Positions 38,230 to 50,067 of a stretch of 64,000 bases of DNA are shown one piece after another. Origin of the DNA: Eledone cirrhosa (lineage: Eukaryota); NCBI GenBank assembly GCA_964016885.1, contig OZ024744.1, positions 101,804,001 through 101,868,000 on the forward strand. Direction: 5' to 3'. The first letter of the stretch is position 1; the number at the start of each line of letters is the position of its first letter. A program made the position numbers and the translations under genes. Below the pieces are notes generated by a model, which was given only the letters and a program-made list of their open reading frames with translations, ran no database searches and had not been told where the DNA came from.

Positions 38230-41200
38230 TTATTTATTGTTGGCTTTGTTTATTGTTTGTTTGTTTATTGCTGGTTTGTTTATTGTTGGTGTGTTTATTA
38301 TTAGCTTTGTTTATTGTTGGCTTTGTTTATTGTTGGAATGTTTATTGTTGGTTTGTTTATTGTTGGCTTTGCTTATTATTGGCTTTATTAATGTTGGTTT
38401 GTTTATTGTTGGCTTTGTTTATTGTTGGTTTGTTTATTGATGGTTTGTTTATTGTTGGTTTGTATATTGTTGGCTTTGTTTATTTTTGGTTTGTTTATTA
38501 CTGGCTTTGTTTATTGTTGGTTTGTTTATTGTTGGCTTTGTTTATTGTTGGTTTGTTTATTGTTGGTTTGTTTATTGCTGGCTTTGTTTAATGTTGGTTT
38601 GTTTATTGTTGGCTTTGTTTATTGTTGGATTAGTTTATTGTTGGTTTGTTTATTGTTGGCTTTGTTTATTGTTGGCTTTGTTTATTGTTGGTTTGTTTAT
38701 TATTTGCTTAGTTTATTGTTGGTTTGTTTATTGTTGGCTTTGTTTATTGTTGGTTTGTTTATTGTTGGCTTTTTTTATTGTAGGTTTCTTTATTGTTCGC
38801 TTTCTTTATTGTTGGTTTGTTTATTATTGGCTTTGTTTATTGTTGGTTTCTTTATTGTTGGCTTTGTTTATTGTTGGCTTTGTTTATTGTTGGTATGTTT
38901 ATTGTTGGTTTGTTTATTGTTGGCTTTGCTTATTATTGGCTTTGTTTAATGTTGGTTTGTTTATTGTTGGCTTTGTTTATTGTTGGTTTGTTTATTGATG
39001 GTTTGTTTATTGTTGGTTTGTTTATTGTTGGCTTTGTTTATTTTTGGTTTGTTTATTACTGGCTTTGTTTATTGTTGGCTTTGTTTATTGTTGGTTTGTT
39101 TATTGTTGGTTTGTTTATTGCTGGCTTTGTTTAATGTTGGTTTGTTTATTGTTGGCTTTGTTTATTGTTGGATTTGTTTATTGTTGGTTTGTTTATTGTT
39201 GGCTTTGTTTATTTTTGTTTTGTTTATTGTTGGCTCTGTATATTTTGGTTTGTTTATATACTGGCTTCGTTTATTGTTGGTTTGTTTATTGTTGGCTTTG
39301 TTTATAGTTGGTTTGTTTATTGTTGGTTTGTTTATTGTTGGCTTTGTTTATTGTTGGTTTGTTTATAGCTGGCTTTGTTTAATGTTAGTTTGTTTATTGT
39401 TGGCTTTGTTTATTTTTTATTTGTTTATTGTTGGCTTTGTTTATTATTGGTTTGTTTATTGTTGGTTTGTTTATTGTTGGCTTTGTTTATTGTTGGTTTG
39501 TTTATTGTTCGCTTTCTTTATTGTTGGTTTGTTTATTATTGGCTTTGTTTATTGTTGGTTTGTTTATTGTTGGCTTTGTTTATTGTTGGTTTGTTTATTG
39601 TTGGCTTTGTTTATTGCTGGTTTGTTTATTGGTGGCTTTGTTTATTGTTAGTTTGTTTATTGTTGGTTTGTTTATTGTTGGCTTTGTTTATTGTTGGTTT
39701 GTTTATTATTGGCTTTGTTTATTGTTGTTTTGCTTATGTGTGGATTTGTTTATTGTTGGTTTGTTTATTGTTGGCTTTGTTTATTGTTGGTTTGTTTATT
39801 ATTGGCTTTAATTATTGTTGGTTTGTCTATTGTTGGCTTTGTTTATTGTTGGTTTGTTTATTGTTGTCTTTGTTTATTGTTGGTTTCTTTATTGTTGGCT
39901 TTGTTTATTGTTCGTTTGTTTATTGTTGGTTTGTTTATTGTTGGCTTTGTTTATTGTTGGTTTGTTTATTGTTGGCTTTGTTTCTTGTTGGTTTGTTTAT
40001 TGTTCGCTTTGTTTATTGTTGGTTTGTATATTATTTGCTTTGTTTATTGTTGGTTTGTTTATTGTTGGCTTTGTTTATTTTTGGTTTGTTTATTACTGGC
40101 TTTGTTTATTGTTGGTTTGTTTATTGTTGGCTTTGTTTATTGTTGGTTTGTTTATTGTTGGCTTTGTTTATTGTTGGGTTTTTATTGCAGGCTTTGTTTA
40201 ATGTTGGTTTGTTTTATTGTTGGCTTTGTTTATTTTTGGTTCCTTTATTGTTGGCTTTGTTTATTGTTGGTTTGTTTATTGTTGGCTTTGTTTATTGTTG
40301 GTTTGTTTATTGTTGGCTTTTTTTATTGTTGGTTTGTTTATTGTTGGCTTTGTTTATTGTTGGTTTGTTTATTGGTGGATTTATTTATTGTTGGTTTGCT
40401 TATTGGTGGCTTTGTTTATTGTTGGTTTGTTTATTGTTGGCTTTGTTAATTGTTGGTTTATTTATTATTGGCTTTATTTATTGTTGGTTTGTTTATTGTT
40501 GGTTTATTTATTGTTGCTTTGTTTATTGTTGCTTTGTTTATTGTTGGTTTGTTTATTGTTGGTTTGTTTATTGTTGGTTTCTTTATTGTTGGTTTGTTTA
40601 TTGTAGGCTTTGTTTAATGTTGGTTCGTTTATTGTTGGTTTCTTTATTGTTGGTTTGTTTTTTGTTAGTTTGTTTATTGTTGTCTTTGTTTATTTTTGGT
40701 TTGTTTATTGTCGGCTTTGTTTATTGTTGGTTTGTTTATTGTTGGCTTTCTTTAATGTTGGTTTGTTTATTATTGGCTTGGTTTATTGTTGGTTTATTTA
40801 TTGTTGGTTTGTTTATTGTTGGCTTTGTTTATTGTCGGTTTGTTTATTGTTGGCTTTGTTTATTGTTGGTTTGTTTATTATTGGCTTTGTTTATTTTTGG
40901 TTTGTTTATTGTTGGCTTTGTATATTTTTGGTTTGTTTATATACTGGCTTTGTTTATTGTTGGTTTGTTTATTGTTGGCTTTGTTTATAGTTGGTTTGTT
41001 TATTGTTGGTTTGTTTATTGTTGGCTTTGTTTATTGTTGGTTTGTTTATTGCTGGCTTTGTTTAATGTTAGTTTGTTTATTGTTGGCTTTGTTTATTTTT
41101 CTTTGTATATTGTTGGCTTTGTTTATTGTTGGTTTGTTTATTGTTGGTTTCTTTATTGTTGGCTTTGTTTATTGTTGGTTTGTTTATTGTTCGCTTTCTT

Positions 41201-43169
41201 TATTGTTGGTTTGTTTATTATTGACTTTGTTTATTGTTGGTTTGTTTATTGTTGGTTTTGTTTATTGTTGGTTTGTTTATTGTTGGCTTCGTTTATTGCT
41301 GGTTTGTTTATTGGTGGCTTTGTTTTTTGTTGGTTTGTTTATTGTTTGCTTTGTTTATTGTTGGCTTTGTTTATTGTTGGTTTGTTTATTATTGGCTTTG
41401 TTTATTGTTGTTTTGCTTATTTGTGGCTTTGTTTAATGTTGGTTTGTTTATTGTTGGTTTGTTTATTGTTGGTTTGTTTATTATTGGCTTTAATTATTGT
41501 TGGTTTGTCTATTGTTGGCTTTGTTTATTGTTGGTTTGTTTATTGTTGGCATTGTTTATTGTTGCTTTCTTTATTGTTGGTTTGTTTATTGTTGGCTTTG
41601 TTTATTGTTGGTTTGTTTATTATTGGCTTTGTTTATTGTTGGTTTGTTTATTATTTGCTTTCTTTATTGTTGGTTTGTTTATTGTTGGTTTTGTTTATTT
41701 TTGGGTTGTTTATTACTGGCTTTGTTTATTGTTGGTTTGTTTATTGTTGGCTTTGTTTATTGTTGCTTTCTTTATTGTTGGTTTGTTTATTGTTGTCTTT
41801 GTTTATTGCTCGTTTGTTTATTGTTGGTTTGTTTATTGTTGGCTTTGTTTATTGTTGGTTTGTTTATTGTTGGCTTTGTTTATTGTTGGTTTGTTTATTA
41901 TTTGCTTTGTTTATTGTTGGTTTGTTTATTGTTGGCTTTGTTTATTGTTGGTTTGTTTATTGTTGGCTTTTTTTATTGTAGGTTTGTTTTTTGTTCGCTT
42001 TCTTTATTGTTGGTTTGTTTATTATTGGCTTTGTTTATTGTTGGTTTCTTTATTGTTGGCTTTGTTTATTGTTGATTTGTTTATTTTTGGCTTTGTTAAT
42101 TGTTGGTTTGTTTATTGGTGGATTTGTTTATTGTTGGTTTGTTTATTGTTGGCTTTGTTTATTGTTGGCTTTGTTTATTGTTGGTTTGTTTATTGTTGGC
42201 TTTGTTTATTGTTGGTTTGCTTATTGGTGGCTTTGTTTATTGTTGCTTTGTTTATTGTTGGCTTTGTTAATTGTTGGTTTATTTATTATTGGCTTTAATT
42301 ATTGTTGGTTTGTCTATTCTTGGCTTTGTTTATTGTTGGTTTGTTTATTGTTGGCTTTGTGTATTATTGGCTTTGTTTATTGTTGGTTTGTTTATTGTTG
42401 CTTTGTTTATTGTTGCTTTGTTTATTCTTGGTTTGTTTATTGTTGGTTTGTTTATTGTTGGTTTGTTTATTGTAGGCTTTGTTTAATGTTGTTTCGTTTA
42501 TTGTTGGTTTCTTTATTTTTGGTTTGTTTTTTATTAGTTTGTTTATTGTTGTCTTTGTTTATTTTTGGTTTGTTTATTGTTGGCTTTGTTTATTGTTGGT
42601 TTGTTTATTATTGGCTTTGTTTATTTTTGTTTTGTTTATTGTTGGCTTTGTATATTTTTGGTTTGTTTATATACTGGCTTTGTTTATTGTTGGTTTGTTT
42701 ATTGTTGGTTTTGTTTATAGTTGGTTTGTTTATTGTTGGTTTGTTTATTGTTGGCTTTGTTTATTGTTGATTTGTTTATTATTGGCTTTAATTATTGTTG
42801 GTTTGTCTATTGTTGGCTTTGTTTATTGTTGGTTTGTTTATTGTTGGCTTTGTTTATTGTTGCTTTCTTTATTGATGGCTTTGTTTATTGTTGATTTGTT
42901 TATTGTTGGTTTGTTTATTGTTCGTTTGTTTATTGTTGGCTTTGTTTATTGTTGGTTTCTTTATTGTTGGTTTTGTTTATTGTTGGTTTGTTTATCGTTA
43001 GCTTTGTTTAATGTTCGTTTATTTATTGTTAGTTTTATTTATTGTTGGTTTCTTTATTGTTGGCTTTGTTTATTGTTGGTTTGTTTATTATTGTCTTTGT
43101 TTATTGTTGGTTTGTTTATTATTGGCTTTTTTATTGCTGGTTTGTTTATCGTTGGCTTTGTTTACTGTT
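38230..43169 (+). repeat. 15/16-bp satellite array 5
   Basis: Continuous tandem monomers. Confidence 0.98.
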
Positions 43170-44024
43170 GTCAGTCAGTCTAATTATTTACTGTCTATAG
43201 TTAGTCTAATACTTTACAGTCTATAGTTAGTCTAATACTTTACAGTTTATAGTTAGTCTAATACTTTACTGTCTATAGTTAGTCTAATACTTTACAGCCT
43301 ATAGTTAGTCTAATACTTTACTGTCTTATGAGAAGCTAAATATTATGGGCTTATAAGAAGCTAAGTATTATGGTCTTATGACAAGCTAAATATGGCCTTA
43401 TGAGATGCTAAATATGGTCTTATGAGAAGATAAATATTGTGGTCTTATGAGAAGATAAATATGGTTTTTATGAGCAACTAAATATTATGGTCTTATGAAA
43501 CTTAAATACTTATGAGAAGTTAAATATTATGGTCTTATGAGAAGCTAAATATGGTCTTATGTAAATTAAGATATTATGGTCTTATGAGAAGCTAAATACA
43601 GTTTTCTTATGAGAAGCTAAATATGGTCTTATGACAAGTTAAATCCAACCTTATGAGAAACTAAACATTATGGTCTCAGAAGCTAAATATTATGCCTGTA
43701 TTAGAAGTTAAATATGGTCTTATGTGAAGCTAAATATTGTATCATTATGAATGGCTAAATCTGTGGAGGGCGGTGGATTGGCAGTATCGGTAGAGGGTCG
43801 GCCGCCATGCTTTCCAGCATAGTTACGTCCCTTTACGATCTGAGTTCAAATCCCGCCGAGGTTGACTTTGCCTTTCATCCTTACGGGGTCGATAAAATAA
43901 AGTACCAGTAATGCACTGGATAATTGCTGGCCTTGTGCCTAAAGTAGAAACAATAATGAATGGCTAAATCTGGTCTTATGAGAAGTTAAAAGTTATAGTC
44001 TTATGAGAAGTTGAAAATTGTGGT
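43170..44024 (+). repeat. Cassette copy 6, 3'-truncated (855 bp)
   Basis: Same truncation junction as copy 5, at offset 5795. Confidence 0.95.
43764..43955 (+). mobile_element. tRNA-derived SINE, copy 6
   Basis: Same element and TSD. Confidence 0.88.
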
Positions 44025-47000
44025 TTATTTATTGTTGGCTTTGTTTATTGTTTGTTTGTTTATTGCTGGTTTGTTTATTGTTGGTGTGTTTATTATTAGC
44101 TTTGTTTATTGTTGGCTTTGTTTATTGTTGGTATGTTTATTGTTAGTTTGTTTATTGTTGGCTTTGCTTATTATTGGCTTTATTAATGTTGGTTTGTTTA
44201 TTGTTGGCTTTGTTTATTGTTGGTTTGTTTATTGATGGTTTGTTTATTGTTGGTTTGTATATTGTTGGCTTTGTTTATTTTTGGTTTGTTTATTACTGGC
44301 TTTGTTTATTGTTGGTTTGTTTATTGTTGGCTTTGTTTATTGTTGGTTTGTTTATTGTTGGTTTGTTTATTGCTGGCTTTGTTTAATGTTGGTTTGTTTA
44401 TTGTTGGCTTTGTTTATTGTTGGATTAGTTTATTGTTGGTTTGTTTATTGTTGGCTTTGTTTATTGTTGGCTTTGTTTATTGTTGGTTTGTTTATTATTT
44501 GCTTAGTTTATTGTTGGTTTGTTTATTGTTGGCTTTGTTTATTGTTGGTTTGTTTATTGTTGGCTTTTTTTATTGTAGGTTTCTTTATTGTTCGCTTTCT
44601 TTATTGTTGGTTTGTTTATTATTGGCTTTGTTTATTGTTGGTTTCTTTATTGTTGGCTTTGTTTATTGTTGGCTTTGTTTATTGTTGGTATGTTTATTGT
44701 TGGTTTGTTTATTGTTGGCTTTGCTTATTATTGGCTTTGTTTAATGTTGGTTTGTTTATTGTTGGCTTTGTTTATTGTTGGTTTGTTTATTGATGGTTTG
44801 TTTATTGTTGGTTTGTTTATTGTTGGCTTTGTTTATTTTTGGTTTGTTTATTACTGGCTTTGTTTATTGTTGGCTTTGTTTATTGTTGGTTTGTTTATTG
44901 TTGGTTTGTTTATTGCTGGCTTTGTTTAATGTTGGTTTGTTTATTGTTGGCTTTGTTTATTGTTGGATTTGTTTATTGTTGGTTTGTTTATTGTTGGCTT
45001 TGTTTATTTTTGTTTTGTTTATTGTTGGCTCTGTATATTTTGGTTTGTTTATATACTGGCTTCGTTTATTGTTGGTTTGTTTATTGTTGGCTTTGTTTAT
45101 AGTTGGTTTGTTTATTGTTCGTTTGTTTATTGTTGGCTTTGTTTATTGTTGGTTTGTTTATAGCTGGCTTTGTTTAATGTTAGTTTGTTTATTGTTGGCT
45201 TTGTTTATTTTTTATTTGTTTATTGTTGGCTTTGTTTATTATTGGTTTGTTTATTGTTGGTTTGTTTATTGTTGGCTTTGTTTATTGTTGGTTTGTTTAT
45301 TGTTCGCTTTCTTTATTGTTGGTTTGTTTATTATTGGCTTTGTTTATTGTTGGTTTGTTTATTGTTGGCTTTGTTTATTGTTGGTTTGTTTATTGTTGGC
45401 TTTGTTTATTGCTGGTTTGTTTATTGGTGGCTTTGTTTATTGTTAGTTTGTTTATTGTTGGTTTGTTTATTGTTGGCTTTGTTTATTGTTGGTTTGTTTA
45501 TTATTGGCTTTGTTTATTGTTGTTTTGCTTATGTGTGGATTTGTTTATTGTTGGTTTGTTTATTGTTGTCTTTGTTTATTGTTCGTTTGTTTATTGTTGG
45601 TTTGTTTATTGTTGGCTTTGTTTATTGTTGGTTTGTTTATTGTTGTCTTTGTTTATTGTTGGTTTCTTTATTGTTGGCTTTGTTTATTGTTCGTTTGTTT
45701 ATTGTTGGTTTGTTTATTGTTGGCTTTGTTTATTGTTGGTTTGTTTATTGTTGGCTTTGTTTCTTGTTGGTTTGTTTATTGTTCGCTTTGTTTATTGTTG
45801 GTTTGTATATTATTTGCTTTGTTTATTGTTGGTTTGTTTATTGTTGGCTTTGTTTATTTTTGGTTTGTTTATTACTGGCTTTGTTTATTGTTGGTTTGTT
45901 TATTGTTGGCTTTGTTTATTGTTGGTTTGTTTATTGTTGGCTTTGTTTATTGTTGGGTTTTTATTGCAGGCTTTGTTTAATGTTGGTTTGTTTTATTGTT
46001 GGCTTTGTTTATTTTTGGTTCCTTTATTGTTGGCTTTGTTTATTGTTGGTTTGTTTATTGTTGGCTTTGTTTATTGTTGGTTTGTTTATTGTTGGCTTTT
46101 TTTATTGTTGGTTTGTTTATTGTTGGCTTTGTTTATTGTTGGTTTGTTTATTGGTGGATTTATTTATTGTTGGTTTGCTTATTGGTGGCTTTGTTTATTG
46201 TTGGTTTGTTTATTGTTGGCTTTGTTTATTGTTGGTTTATTTATTGTTGCTTTGTTTATTGTTGCTTTGTTTATTGTTGGTTTGTTTATTGTTGGTTTGT
46301 TTATTGTTGGTTTCTTTATTGTTGGTTTGTTTATTGTAGGCTTTGTTTAATGTTGGTTCGTTTATTGTTGGTTTCTTTATTGTTGGTTTGTTTTTTGTTA
46401 GTTTGTTTATTGTTGTCTTTGTTTATTTTTGGTTTGTTTATTGTCGGCTTTGTTTATTGTTGGTTTGTTTATTGTTGGCTTTCTTTATTGTTGGTTTGTT
46501 TATTATTGGCTTGGTTTATTGTTGGTTTATTTATTGTTGGTTTGTTTATTGTTGGCTTTGTTTATTGTCGGTTTGTTTATTGTTGGCTTTGTTTATTGTT
46601 GGTTTGTTTATTATTGGCTTTGTTTATTTTTGGTTTGTTTATTGTTGGCTTTGTATATTTTTGGTTTGTTTATATACTGGCTTTGTTTATTGTTGATTTG
46701 TTTATTGTTGGCTTTGTTTATAGTTGGTTTGTTTATTGTTGGTTTGTTTATTGTTGGCTTTGTTTATTGTTGGTTTGTTTATTGCTGGCTTTGTTTAATG
46801 TTAGTTTGTTTATTGTTGGCTTTGTTTATTTTTCTTTGTATATTGTTGGCTTTGTTTATTGTTGGTTTGTTTATTGTTGGTTTCTTTATTGTTGGCTTTG
46901 TTTATTGTTGGTTTGTTTATTGTTCGCTTTCTTTATTGTTGGTTTGTTTATTATTGACTTTGTTTATTGTTGGTTTGTTTATTGTTGGTTTTGTTTATTG

Positions 47001-48902
47001 TTGGTTTGTTTATTGTTGGCTTCGTTTATTGCTGGTTTGTTTATTGGTGGCTTTGTTTTTTGTTGGTTTGTTTATTGTTTGCTTTGTTTATTGTTGGCTT
47101 TGTTTATTGTTGGTTTGTTTATTATTGGCTTTGTTTATTGTTGTTTTGCTTATTTGTGGCTTTGTTTAATGTTGGTTTGTTTATTGTTGGTTTGTTTATT
47201 GTTGGTTTGTTTATTATTGGCTTTAATTATTGTTGGTTTGTCTATTGTTGGCTTTGTTTATTGTTGGTTTGTTTATTGTTGGCATTGTTTATTGTTGCTT
47301 TCTTTATTGTTGGTTTGTTTATTGTTGGCTTTGTTTATTGTTGGTTTGTTTATTATTGGCTTTGTTTATTGTTGGTTTGTTTATTATTTGCTTTCTTTAT
47401 TGTTGGTTTGTTTATTGTTGGTTTTGTTTATTTTTGGGTTGTTTATTACTGGCTTTGTTTATTGTTGGTTTGTTTATTGTTGGCTTTGTTTATTGTTGCT
47501 TTCTTTATTGTTGGTTTGTTTATTGTTGGCTTTGTTTATTGCTCGTTTGTTTATTGTTGGTTTGTTTATTGTTGGCTTTGTTTATTGTTGGTTTGTTTAT
47601 TGTTGGCTTTGTTTATTGTTGGTTTGTTTATTATTTGCTTTGTTTATTGTTGGTTTGTTTATTGTTGGCTTTGTTTATTGTTGGTTTGTTTATTGTTGGC
47701 TTTTTTTATTGTAGGTTTGTTTATTGTTCGCTTTCTTTATTGTTGGTTTGTTTATTATTGGCTTTTTTTATTGTTGGTTTCTTTATTGTTGGCTTTGTTT
47801 ATTGTTGATTTGTTTATTGTTGGCTTTGTTAATTGTTGGTTAGTTTATTGGTGGATTTGTTTATTGTTGGTTTGTTTATTGTTGGCTTTGTTTATTGTTG
47901 GCTTTGTTTATTGTTGGTTTGTTTATTGTTGGCTTTGTTTATTGTTGGTTTGCTTATTGGTGGCTTTGTTTATTGTTGCTTTGTTTATTGTTGGCTTTGT
48001 TAATTGTTGGTTTATTTATTATTGGCTTTAATTATTGTTGGTTTGTCTATTCTTGGCTTTGTTTATTGTTGGTTTGTTTATTGTTGGCTTTGTGTATTAT
48101 TGGCTTTGTTTATTGTTGGTTTGTTTATTGTTGCTTTGTTTATTGTTGGTTTGTTTATTGTTGGTTTGTTTATTGTTGGTTTGTTTATTGTTGGTTTGTT
48201 TATTGTAGGCTTTGTTTAATGTTGGTTCGTTTATTGTTGGTTTCTTTATTTTTGGTTTGTTTTTTATTAGTTTGTTTATTGTTGTCTTTGTTTATTTTTG
48301 GTTTGTTTATTGTTGGCTTTGTTTATTGTTGGTTTGTTTATTATTGGCTTTGTTTATTTTTGTTTTGTTTATTGTTGGCTTTGTATATTTTTGGTTTGTT
48401 TATATACTGGCTTTGTTTATTGTTGGTTTGTTTATTGTTGGTTTTGTTTATAGTTGGTTTGTTTATTGTTGGTTTGTTTATTGTTGGCTTTGTTTATTGT
48501 TGATTTGTTTATTATTGGCTTTAATTATTGTTGGTTTGTCTATTGTTGGCTTTGTTTATTGTTGGTTTGTTTATTGTTGGCTTTGTTTATTGTTGCTTTC
48601 TTTATTGATGGCTTTGTTTATTGTTGATGTGTTTATTGTTGGTTTGTTTATTGTTGGTTTGTTTATTGTTGGCTTTGTTTATTGTTGGTTTCTTTATTGT
48701 TGGTTTTGTTTATTGTTCGTTTGTTTATCGTTAGCTTTGTTTAATGTTCGTTTATTTATTGTTAGTTTTGTTTATTGTTGGTTTCTTTATTGTTGGCTTT
48801 GTTTATTGTTGGTTTGTTTATTATTGGCTTTGTTTATTGTTGGTTTGTTTATTATTGGCTTTTTTATTGCTGGTTTGTTTATCGTTGGCTTTGTTTACTG
48901 TT
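44025..48902 (+). repeat. 15/16-bp satellite array 6
   Basis: Continuous tandem monomers; closely parallels array 5. Confidence 0.98.
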
Positions 48903-50067
48903 GTCAGTCAGTCTAATTATTTACTGTCTATAGTTAGTCTAATACTTTACAGTCTATAGTTAGTCTAATACTTTACAGTTTATAGTTAGTCTAATACTTT
49001 ACTGTCTATAGTTAGTCTAATACTTTACAGCCTATAGTTAGTCTAATACTTTACTGTCTTATGAGAAGCTAAATATTATGGGCTTATAAGAAGCTAAGTA
49101 TTATGGTCTTATGACAAGCTAAATATGGCCTTATGAGATGCTAAATATGGTCTTATGAGAAGATAAATATTGTGGTCTTATGAGAAGATAAATATGGTTT
49201 TTATGAGCAACTACATATTATGGTCTTATGAAAACTTAAATACTTATGAGAAGTTAAATATTATGGTCTTATGAGAAGCTAAATATGGTCTTATGTAAAT
49301 TAAGATATTATGGTCTTATGAGAAGCTAAATACAGTTTTCTTATGAGAAGCTAAATATGGTCTTATGACAAGTTAAATCCAACCTTATGAGAAACTAAAC
49401 ATTATGGTCTCAGAAGCTAAATATTATGCCTGTATTAGAAGTTAAATATGGTCTTATGTGAAGCTAAATATTGTATCATTATGAATGGCTAAATCTGTGG
49501 AGGGCGGTGGATTGGCAGTATCGGTAGAGGGTCGGCCGCCATGCTTTCCAGCATAGTTACGTCCCTTTACGATCTGAGTTCAAATCCCGCCGAGGTTGAC
49601 TTTGCCTTTCATCCTTACGGGGTCGATAAAATAAAGTACCAGTAATGCACTGGATAATTGCTGGCCTTGTGCCTAAAGTAGAAACAATAATGAATGGCTA
49701 AATCTGGTCTTATGAGAAGTTAAAAGTTATAGTCTTATGAGAAGTTGAAAATTGTGGTCTTATGAGAAGTTAAACATTATTGTCTTATAAGAAGCTAATT
49801 ATAGTCTTATGCAGAACTAAATATGGTTTTATTGGAAGCTAGATAATACGGTCTTATGAGAAGCTAAATATTATGCTATTATTAGAAGTTGAATATTAGG
49901 GTCTTGTGAGCATCTAAACATTATGGTCTTAACAGTAGCTCAATAATATGGTCTTGTGAGAAGCTGAATATTATTGTCTTATAGGAAGCTAAATATTATG
50001 GTCTTATGAGAAACTAAATATGGTCTTATTAGAAGCCTAATATTATGGTCTTATGAGAAGATAATTA
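48903..50067 (+). repeat. Cassette copy 7 (1165 bp)
   Basis: Full length with five 26-bp units (1139+26). Confidence 0.95.
49498..49689 (+). mobile_element. tRNA-derived SINE, copy 7
   Basis: Same element and TSD. Confidence 0.88.
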
